Virus record (IMG/VR): IMGVR_UViG_3300009826_000027
Source: a virus
Strand: one strand, 5' to 3'
DNA length: 51,290 nucleotides
Positions 40,512-49,660 of the stretch are shown piece by piece (the first letter of the stretch is position 1; every line of letters starts with the position of its first letter). The notes below the pieces were generated by a model. It searched no databases, was not told the origin of the DNA, and saw only the letters and a list, made by a program, of their open reading frames with translations. Position numbers and translations under genes: made by a program.

Positions 40512-41198
40512 TTAACCTGCCGCAGGTGCCGACGAACCAAGCAATGTAAGAACTTCTTCTGGTAACGGCAAGTATGCCTCTGTTGACGCCGTGCCGTACA
40601 GGATATCCTCTAACTCCCGCATCAACGCCGGGTCGACTTTGGTTGAGTCAAATGTTAATAGCGACGTCGGTCGAATTTCTGGGAAGGCGGGATGAATGAT
40701 GTCCACTGGGGTGGTTGTCAACTCCCATGAGAATTCGATAGCTTCTGGGCTATCGTTTATGGTACTATACGCCTTCTCCGATGGAGATGCGACCGCCCCA
40801 TAAATGAGATGAAGCTTATATCCGTAGTTATCTAACTCTATATCGTTGCCGAGTACTGTACGGTACGATAATCCAAAAGTTTTACGTGCTTGTTGTCCGG
40901 CATATACGCCCGGTGCAATTTCTATTGTACCGTCGCATTCCTTGAATTCGTCCGGATATGTATACGCCGTTACCGTTGCCCCAAACTCCTCAAGGCTAAG
41001 TAGCACGAGGTACTTGATGTCATCCGCGTAAATCGGAGATGGGTCGGCGCCAGAAGGACTTTGCGTCACTCCTGTTAAACCGTTCCAACTCACACCACGA
41101 GCATATGCACCGTCTGCGTCGCGAAGATATAGGACGCCATTTCTAGTACCAGTCTCATAATGTCGAGAGCCGGCTTCGTTCCATGTAAGTCTACTCAT
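40512..41198 (-). CDS. Major tail protein
   Basis: The call rests on position and the pattern SRHYETGTRNGVLYL...VSWNGLTGVTQSPSGA...IYADDIKY...EEFGATVTAYTYPDEF. Confidence 0.65.
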   Translation of the reverse strand: MSRLTWNEAGSRHYETGTRNGVLYLRDADGAYARGVSWNGLTGVTQSPSGADPSPIYADDIKYLVLLSLEEFGATVTAYTYPDEFKECDGTIEIAPGVYAGQQARKTFGLSYRTVLGNDIELDNYGYKLHLIYGAVASPSEKAYSTINDSPEAIEFSWELTTTPVDIIHPAFPEIRPTSLLTFDSTKVDPALMRELEDILYGTASTEAYLPLPEEVLTLLGSSAPAAG

Positions 41199-41201
41199 AA
41201 T

Positions 41202-41435
41202 TTAGTCCTCCACTTCTGATATAGCCGCCGAAGCAGCTGACGTCGTAGGATGATATACTCGACGAGACGTTGGTCCAACAAGGTTAAAACTTATTAGGAC
41301 ATCAACATCGTCATATTTTGGGATCGGGCGAATTGCTTCGCCCACAAGCATGCCAAGTTCTGCAGGAGTATCGGCCTTGAAAACCTGACCTTCCTTCATC
41401 GACTTTGGATCTTGCACTATTAATTGATATGGCAT
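41202..41435 (-). CDS. Small head-tail joining / tail terminator candidate (77 aa)
   Basis: ATG 41435 is preceded by AAGGAGG 5 nt upstream. The call rests on position between the connector genes and the major tail protein. Confidence 0.4.
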   Translation of the reverse strand: MPYQLIVQDPKSMKEGQVFKADTPAELGMLVGEAIRPIPKYDDVDVLISFNLVGPTSRRVYHPTTSAASAAISEVED

Positions 41436-41445
41436 AGAGGCCTCC

Positions 41446-41766
41446 TTAATAATATAAATCATATACGTCGTGATTTAAATTATTCACGACGTAGTGCCTG
41501 GAATATCTACAAAGTGGAAGTGATAATATTTTGTCGCGTAAAGTGCTATCGGGATCTGGATCTATGACTATCACCGTATATCGTTGTCTAAAACGATATA
41601 ATTCATCGTCGGCGTGATCCGTAGAAGCACTTGCGCGACTATATACTATACAGCGCGGGGGCATTCTGGCATCGATAGGTGGCTGAAAATATACGAAGGA
41701 TTTTTCTCCAGACGGAGATTCCACCGCTTCCTCAAGAAGTTGCTGTAGTAGAAATCTTCTGTTCAT
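41446..41766 (-). CDS. Head-tail connector candidate (106 aa)
   Basis: ATG 41766 is preceded by GGCGGAG 6 nt upstream. The call is positional. Confidence 0.4.
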   Translation of the reverse strand: MNRRFLLQQLLEEAVESPSGEKSFVYFQPPIDARMPPRCIVYSRASASTDHADDELYRFRQRYTVIVIDPDPDSTLRDKILSLPLCRYSRHYVVNNLNHDVYDLYY

Positions 41767-42076
41767 TATATACTCCGCCAATCGTCAAAATTAGTCGAGG
41801 TCGATTAACATCGACCCCGGTGACTTCCCACGTTCCGCCTGCCCATTTAATATACCGAATATTATGAAAATTATCATTGGCGAATGGATCGGCCAGAATA
41901 CTTAATCGATTTTGCAGGGATAAATTCGGATTTACTTGCTCCGCATTATCGCGCCATCGACTCATTGTTTGTAGTAAATCGCCTGTATATGGACGATCCT
42001 CTATGGATTCTGACCAAACTCCAGGCGCGGTTAAAGTCATTGAAGCATATCCAACAATGACATGTGTTTTAGCCAT
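41732..42076 (-). CDS. Head-closure / head-tail adaptor candidate (114 aa)
   Basis: ATG 42076 (MAKTHVIVGYA...) lies 2 nt after the capsid gene's stop. The call is positional. Confidence 0.4.
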   Translation of the reverse strand: MAKTHVIVGYASMTLTAPGVWSESIEDRPYTGDLLQTMSRWRDNAEQVNPNLSLQNRLSILADPFANDNFHNIRYIKWAGGTWEVTGVDVNRPRLILTIGGVYNEQKISTTATS

Positions 42077-42078
42077 AA

Positions 42079-43896
42079 TTATCCTACGGCCAGCTCGTCT
42101 GGAAGCTGCTCGACAACTATTGCCGATTTTGGACGGGTCAGCGCACCAGAACACCGGGTTTCGATTAAATATTTGTACTGGTTAAAGTCGATATCGAAAT
42201 CATCGAACATTGCGATCTCACCGCCACGATCCGCACCAATCGTGTAGTCCGAGAGATTAACTACTATACCAAGGAGAGTTCTAGTGCTTCCATCCACTTC
42301 ACGTTGTATGTCGTTCATTACTTCGACCTCAACAATACTACTGACTCGAAGTGTGGCTGCTAAATCGGCCTCATTCATATAAATTTTACGCCCGAGACCA
42401 TCTTTAAGCAAGAGCATTTCGGTTAGTAGTGCTGTGGATGTGTAAAGCGTCGGTTTGCCTGACCCTCTATATGCAATCCTGGCCCGTACAAACTCATCTA
42501 TTATAGTACTATGATTAGCATCACCAGAAACGAGATGTTCCACCACAAATATATCCGAATTATCAGTATAAATCGGGCGGATGTTTTGATCATTTATTTT
42601 ATCAGGATCGGATACATCGCGTCCGTCACCGATAAGAATTGCCCTGGCTAGTTCTTCATCGAGCATTTCTCGCATTTCACGTCGTAGCCATGCTACGACA
42701 TTGAAATCTGTAATATCGATTATATCGTCGCGATCTAACTTTTGTTTTTTATAAATGGTGGTCGGCGTTGTCACCCTTTTCATTAGAGGAATTATTTCCT
42801 CTTTTTTCCTATTGCCGGTAATATAACCACGCGCACGTGCGTCGTCATGATGCAAATCGGCAATTACGGTTTTTATTCTTGAAAACGGTGTTTTTTTTAT
42901 ATCGCGCAACACTCCAGCTACCCAGTCGTCAGGCCGTTTCCATGTCTGCGGTCCAGCACCATCAACGTTACGAGCTTCGGGAAATAAAATATCGATCGGC
43001 TCGAGCCCGTATTCATTTGTGGCATGTTCCACGAACGTGTCGCGCAGGGAAGTAGTTTTGTTGTCGCGAGCTGCGGACAAAATCGCACCGAACTCTTTAT
43101 GGGTTAATTGTTTAGTGTGTGACGATGATCCGCCAAACGCTTCAGATTCATTCGTATCGAATACGTTGTGTTTCATTATATATCCTCCATCTTCAAGATG
43201 TTTTGCCTCGCCTACTCCAGTGGATTGGCCTATCATATAGTATACTACTTGTTTCTGCTCCTCTGTGAGATCGTCAAAGACGTCTTTTATTGTACGTTCT
43301 TTTTGCGCGTGTGACATACTTGAAGACTGTGACATGTCATTCAAGCGTGCCATTATCGCGATCAATGCCGAATCGTTTAATGACGAGGAAGGGGGCAGAG
43401 GATCGGATAAAAAAGCATCATCGCTGTGTACTAATGGCTGACCGGAGTAAATGATACCGGTATCTGGAACTATTTCTACCATACCATCGGCATGCATAAT
43501 TGTTACCGCATCAATTAATGCGCCTGGATTAGCGCCAGCCAGTACTAGACTGACCTCATGAATTTTACCATGAATCACATTTTTTGTTTTCTCAACGAGA
43601 CTTCCTGCTTTAATCGAAAGTGACGTAATATCGCCATGCTTGACTAAAGCCTTACTTCTTTGGCCATAATCTGAATTGTTAAATTTTCCATGACAATACG
43701 TCCCATCAGGACGATCTTCTAGTAGTACTTGACCGATCACGGTCTCTGGTGTAGAGCTAGAATGCTGCCATACTAATGGTACGGTGTCGCCATTCTGATG
43801 GGCAAACGCACCCTTTACAATGGTGCGACCATCTGAACATCGCAGTCCATTTCTGGTAGCGTAACCGCTAAAATCAAAACCTGGTTTTGTGCTCAT
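42079..43896 (-). CDS. Fusion of an HK97-family prohead protease (S78) with the major capsid protein
   Basis: The N-terminal part, PLVWQHSSSTPETVIGQV...GDITSLSIKAG...IHEVSLVLAGANPGA, fits the S78 protease pattern. The C-terminal part of about 330 aa has an HK97-like MCP end (...LLGIVVNLSDYTIGADRGGE...LIETRCSGALTRPKSAIVVE). ATG 43896 is preceded by AAAGGAG. Confidence 0.7.
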   Translation of the reverse strand: MSTKPGFDFSGYATRNGLRCSDGRTIVKGAFAHQNGDTVPLVWQHSSSTPETVIGQVLLEDRPDGTYCHGKFNNSDYGQRSKALVKHGDITSLSIKAGSLVEKTKNVIHGKIHEVSLVLAGANPGALIDAVTIMHADGMVEIVPDTGIIYSGQPLVHSDDAFLSDPLPPSSSLNDSALIAIMARLNDMSQSSSMSHAQKERTIKDVFDDLTEEQKQVVYYMIGQSTGVGEAKHLEDGGYIMKHNVFDTNESEAFGGSSSHTKQLTHKEFGAILSAARDNKTTSLRDTFVEHATNEYGLEPIDILFPEARNVDGAGPQTWKRPDDWVAGVLRDIKKTPFSRIKTVIADLHHDDARARGYITGNRKKEEIIPLMKRVTTPTTIYKKQKLDRDDIIDITDFNVVAWLRREMREMLDEELARAILIGDGRDVSDPDKINDQNIRPIYTDNSDIFVVEHLVSGDANHSTIIDEFVRARIAYRGSGKPTLYTSTALLTEMLLLKDGLGRKIYMNEADLAATLRVSSIVEVEVMNDIQREVDGSTRTLLGIVVNLSDYTIGADRGGEIAMFDDFDIDFNQYKYLIETRCSGALTRPKSAIVVEQLPDELAVG

Positions 43897-43915
43897 AAAA
43901 TAAAGAGCTCCTTTC

Positions 43916-45160
43916 TTATTCATCTTCTTCGGAAGGGCGTTTTTCGGCCGATTCTTGATTCGCTTGATTAAGATTTCTATTGCGTAATTCGTCGGCCGCT
44001 GGATCTTCAGATGGTATAAATCCGATGAGTCCACGTATTTCATTGGGCGATAGGATCTCATTTCTGGTAAAGCGATCTGCGATAGTCGCGATCTCATTTA
44101 CCGGCGCAAGACCAAACACATCTCTGAAATACATAATTGATTGTTTCTGCGTTCTGGCAGTCTTTGTCAAGAACTTGCGATAGAACTCTTCCGTTATCGC
44201 ATTGAGTAACGGTTTGATAGTTCTACTCATATAATTCAACATGACTTTTTCGTCCGCCGTACCATTAAAGACCTCTTCGGTCAGTCCTAACTGGCGATAA
44301 AGCGTGCTCGTTAGGTACTGTACCTGGGCCATGAGGTTGTTTTCGGCCGGGCGATTTAATTGTGTAATTCGCTCGGTCCCATCGATATATGCGATGCCAT
44401 ACTGTGAGTCTCGCATTTGATCCTCGATATCTTGTCGACGGCGATCGGCTAGTTCGCGTTTCGCAGCGGACTTTAAGATATATGGCAGTTGGATGATTAT
44501 GTCGAGTTTACCAGCACCGGATTGTTCATCTATCGCATCAAGGATGGATAGTTTGCGAAGTAATCGCTTTAGAGTGCTATTCGGCTCATTCATTACCGCA
44601 TATAGCGGATTTTCGATGATCGCCACATTCTTTTTAGCAAGAAGGAGTTCTTTATGCGTACCGGTTTCGTCATCATAACAGTTAACTCTTACTTGCTGCG
44701 GATACCATCCAACTATCTTTGCGACCCGCAATTCTACAATGGTATACGAGTCGGTATCGCGTATATCGATATCCGTTTTAACGGGCACTACTGCCACCAC
44801 GCCTTCATCGAACATCGACATAGCCATGTCTTGTACAAGAGCACGGCCGGTTTGATCGATGTTGGCGCTGACCGATAAACATTCATTTAAACCCGATTTT
44901 CGGATATACTTGAACTTATCATTTTCATCCAGCTGCACATGACGAATATCGATAGCCGCCACGTCCATTGCCACTCTATTATAGAGCGATATAACTACTG
45001 ATCGCTCATTGGTTACACGGACGGGGCGACGATCATGACGAATATACGACTCATATCCTCCCGGATTATATTGTCGTAAATGTGGATATAGGATTGTGGG
45101 GTCCCTAGTCTTGAAAATATTCCACGCATGCTTAAGCGTGCCGAGTATTCGATTTGGCAT
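43916..45160 (-). CDS. Portal protein
   Basis: The call rests on position between the terminase and the protease/capsid gene, a size of 414 aa, and the pattern SLYNRVAMDVAAI... Confidence 0.65.
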   Translation of the reverse strand: MPNRILGTLKHAWNIFKTRDPTILYPHLRQYNPGGYESYIRHDRRPVRVTNERSVVISLYNRVAMDVAAIDIRHVQLDENDKFKYIRKSGLNECLSVSANIDQTGRALVQDMAMSMFDEGVVAVVPVKTDIDIRDTDSYTIVELRVAKIVGWYPQQVRVNCYDDETGTHKELLLAKKNVAIIENPLYAVMNEPNSTLKRLLRKLSILDAIDEQSGAGKLDIIIQLPYILKSAAKRELADRRRQDIEDQMRDSQYGIAYIDGTERITQLNRPAENNLMAQVQYLTSTLYRQLGLTEEVFNGTADEKVMLNYMSRTIKPLLNAITEEFYRKFLTKTARTQKQSIMYFRDVFGLAPVNEIATIADRFTRNEILSPNEIRGLIGFIPSEDPAADELRNRNLNQANQESAEKRPSEEDE

Positions 45161-45269
45161 AAATAACTCCTATAACTTAGATCGTAACTCTGATGGTCGA
45201 AGCTAGTCGAGGCGATGGATTCGAAGCTAATAGCGTATCGACCGGTTATCGTGTTGCAACATATCCATA

Positions 45270-47015
45270 CTATTCGAATGCGTCTTTATTTAATTTAAAC
45301 GCGATCCACGCGTCCATTAATGCGGCAACTGCATCAATCTTATGTTCGTGCCGCTTCTTTAATAATTTACGATTGCCATTCGTGTCTTGTAGCACGATCG
45401 CATTCCCCATGGCAAAAGTCATAAGACGTTCGTCAAATCTGAGAAGACGCTCTTCTGCCATAATCTTAAGCTCCCCTAAAGGTACCGACTCGGTCTTGAC
45501 TCCCTGTATGACTTTGATCAAGCCAAACGGACCATTTTCTGTTTCCCAACGGGAAATAAATTCTTTAGCGTTATAAGGATCGAAGCCAAAACAGCGAACG
45601 TCATACCCGATCTCTTCGATATATTTATCGAGATCCTCATAAACGTCCATCATATCGAGTACCGTGCCCTCTAGCACAATAAGCGATCCTTCTCTAATAA
45701 ATTCGTCATATTTAATACGCATAGCATTATGCAGCTTGCTCAACGTTAAAGAAGAAATATAACATCTGGTTTTTACACCAAATTCCCCCCTTGAAAGTGG
45801 AAATAGAAAAGTAAAGGCGCAGAAATCGTCACCCTGAGATAGATCGCCACCAAGAGCACATGGTAATGACCAGAAATCCTGTCGCTTATGAGGAAGGGTC
45901 TCCTCGTAGGTGAAAAAGTAAGTATATCCTTCCATGGGAATTCCAAATCTTTTAGCGAGGATGTCGTTTCTGGTAGCGGGAGCATTTTCGAGTCGCTCAA
46001 CATCAAGCTGATAGGCGTCATATTGTACCGTCTTACCTAAATTCGGATTCGCCTTTATCCACATCGCCGGGTCATCTACTTCTTTAGTCTCGTCGAGTCG
46101 ATAATACCAGATAGAAACATGAGGATTAATATACTCCCCTTTAAGAATCTTCATCAGTTCCATTTTAATTGTATCGCCTGATGTGTTTCGAACCGTACCT
46201 TCGGACGAGATAGCTAAAATAAAATAATCGTCTAACTTAGAGGCTCCCTGTTCGATTGCTCCTATGACGTCGTCTCTAACGTCGCCCGATAACCATTCGT
46301 CAACTGTGGAAATCTTTGGTCTAAGTCCTTGGAGTTTATCGATCGACATTGGTCGGACCTGAAGAATTGATCCAGTTAAAAAATTCTCAATGCCGTTTTT
46401 AGTGGATGCCAGTTTTAACCGATTTGCTCTGGAACCAGTCGTATTCTGTAGCGATCCCTCAGTGAGGAATCTGAAGAGGGGGCCTCTTGCACGCGTTATA
46501 GACGTGCGAAGCGGCGACATTATTTCCTCCGCTTGTTTCATCGTCGGCGCGGTAGTTATTTGATGGGTCGTATCGGTATCCACATTAAGGAAGAAACTTT
46601 GAATACAGGATCCATACATCGACTTAGCCGCGCCGCGACCAACGATTAAATACTGTTTGTGTATTAGTCGTTTTTTTATCATTTTCTGGACAAACTGTCC
46701 AGGATGATCATTGGTCGACGGTTCATAAACGGACCGCTCGATGAAATAATACCAACCAAATACTTGCTCTGCCCAGAGTTTAAATGAATCCAGAAGGACG
46801 AGATCTGATCCATCGGTGAGGGTTAATTCGGCTTCGCAATAGAGTATAAAGCCTTCGACTGCATCTTCGTCGTAATAGATTCCCTCATTTTCTATGAGGG
46901 AATCTATTCGATTCATCTCCATCGAAATCTCCCTACATACCGGAATATTTCCACGGATTACTTCATCACGAAACTGTCCATAATATTTTGGCGTGGCGGT
47001 GTTTGATAGTCCCAT
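45270..47015 (-). CDS. terL: Terminase large subunit
   Basis: N-terminal ATPase with a Walker A-like motif (VGRGAAKS), and a C-terminal nuclease-like domain. ATG 47015 lies 1 nt after the upstream stop. Confidence 0.75.
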   Translation of the reverse strand: MGLSNTATPKYYGQFRDEVIRGNIPVCREISMEMNRIDSLIENEGIYYDEDAVEGFILYCEAELTLTDGSDLVLLDSFKLWAEQVFGWYYFIERSVYEPSTNDHPGQFVQKMIKKRLIHKQYLIVGRGAAKSMYGSCIQSFFLNVDTDTTHQITTAPTMKQAEEIMSPLRTSITRARGPLFRFLTEGSLQNTTGSRANRLKLASTKNGIENFLTGSILQVRPMSIDKLQGLRPKISTVDEWLSGDVRDDVIGAIEQGASKLDDYFILAISSEGTVRNTSGDTIKMELMKILKGEYINPHVSIWYYRLDETKEVDDPAMWIKANPNLGKTVQYDAYQLDVERLENAPATRNDILAKRFGIPMEGYTYFFTYEETLPHKRQDFWSLPCALGGDLSQGDDFCAFTFLFPLSRGEFGVKTRCYISSLTLSKLHNAMRIKYDEFIREGSLIVLEGTVLDMMDVYEDLDKYIEEIGYDVRCFGFDPYNAKEFISRWETENGPFGLIKVIQGVKTESVPLGELKIMAEERLLRFDERLMTFAMGNAIVLQDTNGNRKLLKKRHEHKIDAVAALMDAWIAFKLNKDAFE

Positions 47016-47016
47016 A

Positions 47017-47751
47017 TTAGAATAATTCGATAGTGGAAGGTGTGATTGCTTTCGCCACAACATCAGCAATCTGCTGTCCCGTCTTTGATTGGGCGAAAGT
47101 AATCACTGCGCCAATAGTAGTGCCTACTCCCAGTGCCGTTTTTACAATAGTCTCTCCTCGTTTAATAGCGGAATTATTTCGCCGAGCACTTCTTGTACTC
47201 GACTCTAAGTTAAGCCTATTATTTAGCGTAGTCAACTCAGTATTACTTAACGTTCGCATAGGGAGTCTCGCTAACTGTCGGGATTCTCTATGTTCTGAAG
47301 AACTCAGTCGCTGACCGCCACTCGAACCCGGAGAAGCGAATCTACCTAGAAGGTCTCTGTGCCATTGATCGTGTTGGAGTTCTGTTAGATCCTCGTACGA
47401 AACTTCGATGTTTGAAGCCTCAAGTAAGGACAATTCTCGATAGTGCTTTAGTATGTGTCTACGAACTTCACCACCAAAGATTCCTTGCTGGCGTGCTCGT
47501 GAATATGCAGCTTGTAAGCCTCGTTTATGTACGACTAATTTATTACCACGTATCACATGATGAGGATAACCCACTCCACTGCCTGTATAAGTAGAATCGG
47601 GGGCTATTCTATTAGGATAAACTAGATAGGCTTCTTTAATCAGTGCCGCATAATTTGGAGCGGCCAATAATTTATTAAACATTTGTGATCCGGGATTGGA
47701 CCACGATCCAGTGATGACTGATTCGAAGCTATTATCGATTCGTACGTCCAT
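47017..47751 (-). CDS. Hypothetical protein occupying the usual small-terminase position (244 aa)
   Basis: ORF. Contains GYPHHVIRGNKLVVHKRGLQAAYSRA and a C-terminal hydrophobic stretch VKTALGVGTTIGAVITFA. I see no terS signature. Confidence 0.5.
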   Translation of the reverse strand: MDVRIDNSFESVITGSWSNPGSQMFNKLLAAPNYAALIKEAYLVYPNRIAPDSTYTGSGVGYPHHVIRGNKLVVHKRGLQAAYSRARQQGIFGGEVRRHILKHYRELSLLEASNIEVSYEDLTELQHDQWHRDLLGRFASPGSSGGQRLSSSEHRESRQLARLPMRTLSNTELTTLNNRLNLESSTRSARRNNSAIKRGETIVKTALGVGTTIGAVITFAQSKTGQQIADVVAKAITPSTIELF

Positions 47752-47766
47752 TTATTCTATCACCTC

Positions 47767-48111
47767 TTATTCTCCTTGTACTTCTAGTCGCCACTCAAGT
47801 TGATCCAATTGCGACTGTAGTGAATTTAGTAGATATGATGTATGAGGAGGATCCCATAGTAGCCGAACTCGAAGATAGGTGTATGATTTCACCATCTCGA
47901 GATCTTTTCTATCGCCTAAGAACTGTCCCCAAGTCGACAATCTATCTTTAATCATAAATCCTTCCGAGGGTCCAATCCCCAGTTGATTCAGCGTGGAAAA
48001 CGTAGAATTAATATGAGTAATTAGTACCATATCAAAATGCTCATATTCTTCTTCGATGCCCAAAGTATTTTTAGTCGACCCTAATATACTATCCATTAAC
48101 CCTATCGCCAT
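47767..48111 (-). CDS. Possible gp6-like head-tail connector / packaging accessory protein (114 aa)
   Basis: Only a weak pattern resemblance (VKSYTYLRVRLLWDPP...LEWRL). Located between the HNH gene and the terminase region. Confidence 0.3.
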   Translation of the reverse strand: MAIGLMDSILGSTKNTLGIEEEYEHFDMVLITHINSTFSTLNQLGIGPSEGFMIKDRLSTWGQFLGDRKDLEMVKSYTYLRVRLLWDPPHTSYLLNSLQSQLDQLEWRLEVQGE

Positions 48112-48524
48112 GGCAACATATCTCCTCTCGATCGTTCTGCTGGCAAATCCAATAGTGGCAATTGGACGCCGTAATGGATTGCGTTATGGGTATCGAAGGC
48201 GACGCATATCAAATTATCCATGTCAAACACAGCTTCTGCGCCATGTTTAATATCGTTAATCGAAATTGGATTGATGTGATGAATTGATAGTCGCCCGTAA
48301 ATCGGCCTATCTAACATTCCTAAATCGCAACCTTCATCTCTGGTTATTACCGCATGTCGAATATCTCTCCATTCGCGGGACCGATATAATGACTGATTGA
48401 GGTGTCGATCGAAACCGAATGTCGATCGACCAACAGCGCCACTAAGGCGAAGATATTCAAATCGCTCGTCGAATGTATTGAGCAACATTATCCCCTTGTA
48501 CGAGCGCTCATTCGGAATCATCAT
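48102..48524 (-). CDS. HNH endonuclease (terminase-associated type)
   Basis: Contains SIHHINPISINDI...NLICVAFDTHNAIH. ATG 48524 is preceded by GGAGG 5 nt upstream. Confidence 0.8.
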   Translation of the reverse strand: MMIPNERSYKGIMLLNTFDERFEYLRLSGAVGRSTFGFDRHLNQSLYRSREWRDIRHAVITRDEGCDLGMLDRPIYGRLSIHHINPISINDIKHGAEAVFDMDNLICVAFDTHNAIHYGVQLPLLDLPAERSRGDMLPWR

Positions 48525-48849
48525 TACTGCCTCCAGAATATTTACGCATCGCACTAATGGCATCAGCATATAATTTGTCTATGTGTTTTGTCGATTCTAG
48601 ACTCTCGGTTTTCGCGCGGACTAACTTCTTTTGCTCGATCATGATTTCACGCTCCAAACGTGCCTGTTCTGTGCCGTACTTCAACAATTGCGTAATTACC
48701 TGTGAACTTGCGGTGCCATTTCGTAATTGGTCTTCTGCTGTATCTAGCGCCAAGGCCACAAGTTGATTATATCGAGCTTCAGGAGTGGTTCCAGGAGGCG
48801 ACCTACTCTTAGATAGCGACTTATCCGAGACTTTTGTCTTGGTCGCCAT
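48508..48849 (-). CDS. First gene of the late operon; hypothetical helical protein (possible packaging accessory or small terminase)
   Basis: ORF with AAAGGAGG ribosome-binding site. Contains GTASSQVITQLLKYGTEQARLEREIMIEQKKL. The function is not recognisable. Confidence 0.5.
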   Translation of the reverse strand: MATKTKVSDKSLSKSRSPPGTTPEARYNQLVALALDTAEDQLRNGTASSQVITQLLKYGTEQARLEREIMIEQKKLVRAKTESLESTKHIDKLYADAISAMRKYSGGSNDDSE

Positions 48850-48902
48850 AAGTTAAGGCCTCCTTTCACATAAATCTTTAATGACAGATTCTCCGTCAGT
48901 CT

Positions 48903-49007
48903 GAAAACATTTAGTTTTTGACTAGGGGTCCTTGAAAGGAGCTCCGGGCTCACCAATCCCGAAGATAAAGTGTCGGCTTTACCCCTAGTCAAAAACTAAA
49001 TGTTTTC
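48903..49007. repeat. Perfect 26-bp inverted repeat with a 53-nt spacer
   Basis: gaaaacatttagtttttgactagggg (48903-48928) pairs with cccctagtcaaaaactaaatgttttc (48982-49007). Confidence 0.95.
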
Positions 49008-49183
49008 TAAATTTTATCCCCCGGAGAAAAATTTAAAAGAGAGGCGATGCAAGGGGGGGTGGGTTTTTACGGACCCTGCCCCCATATACATAGGTGTGAT
49101 AGCCCCTAGTACGTCTAGAGGAAGCAACTGCGCGCATAATGAAATAGTTTTTCATTATGTTTTGTATACTTTTTTACAAGGGA

Positions 49184-49277
49184 CAAATACAGAAATAAAA
49201 AGAAATACAGAAATAAAAAACAAATACAGAAATAAAAAACAAATACAGAAATAAAAAACAAATACAGAAATAAAAAG
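49184..49277. repeat. Tandem repeat, 5 x 18-19 nt (CAAATACAGAAATAAAAAA)
   Basis: Copies start at 49184, 49202, 49221, 49240 and 49259. Confidence 0.95.
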
Positions 49278-49360
49278 TTTATAATTTCAAATAATGATAT
49301 TGTATGAAATTGAATATTTATCAATTAACGAGTGATTGGATGTGGTAATACGAGCTAAAA

Positions 49361-49498
49361 ATCTATATCATTGTATAATGATATAGATTCTTTTTAAATT
49401 GTAACGAAAAATCATTAAATTGAAATTATAGCATTATACAATGATATAGATTCTTTTTAAATTGTAACGAAAAATCATTAAATTGAAATTATAGCATT
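49361..49498. repeat. 12-bp inverted repeat (49361-49388) leading into a 59-bp perfect repeat present twice with a 63-nt period
   Basis: The inverted repeat is atctatatcatt-gtat-aatgatatagat. The repeat aatgatatagattctttttaaattgtaacgaaaaatcattaaattgaaattatagcatt occurs at 49377-49435 and 49440-49498. Confidence 0.95.
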
Positions 49499-49530
49499 TA
49501 AACTAAAATTTACTTATTTTAGAAATTACA

Positions 49531-49660
49531 AATTCTAACAAAAAAAGATTTGTAATTAATTATCTATAGAATCGTTGAAACGAAGGCATCTATAAATTGT
49601 AATGTATGTGTGGGAGAGAATAAGATACATCAGGCATTACAAATCTTTTTTGTTAGAATT
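49531..49660. repeat. About 25-bp inverted repeat with a 79-nt spacer
   Basis: aattctaacaaaaaaagatttgtaat (49531-49556) pairs with attacaaatcttttttgttagaatt (49636-49660), with a one-base bulge. Confidence 0.9.

Noticed and set aside
49000-49324. ORFs 49000..49254 (+) and 49115..49324 (-) in the non-coding region
   Set aside because: Both run through the tandem 19-mer array and yield low-complexity Lys/Asn/Ile or Phe/Leu repeats. Neither has a ribosome-binding site. A 22-aa ORF at 49821 (MSRQDNLKHKRRRRRRHFTFQN) was also judged too short and unsupported.
49184-49498. Possible CRISPR array
   Set aside because: The repeats are directly adjacent with no unique spacers, the units (19 nt and 59 nt) are outside typical CRISPR repeat/spacer dimensions, and no cas genes are present.
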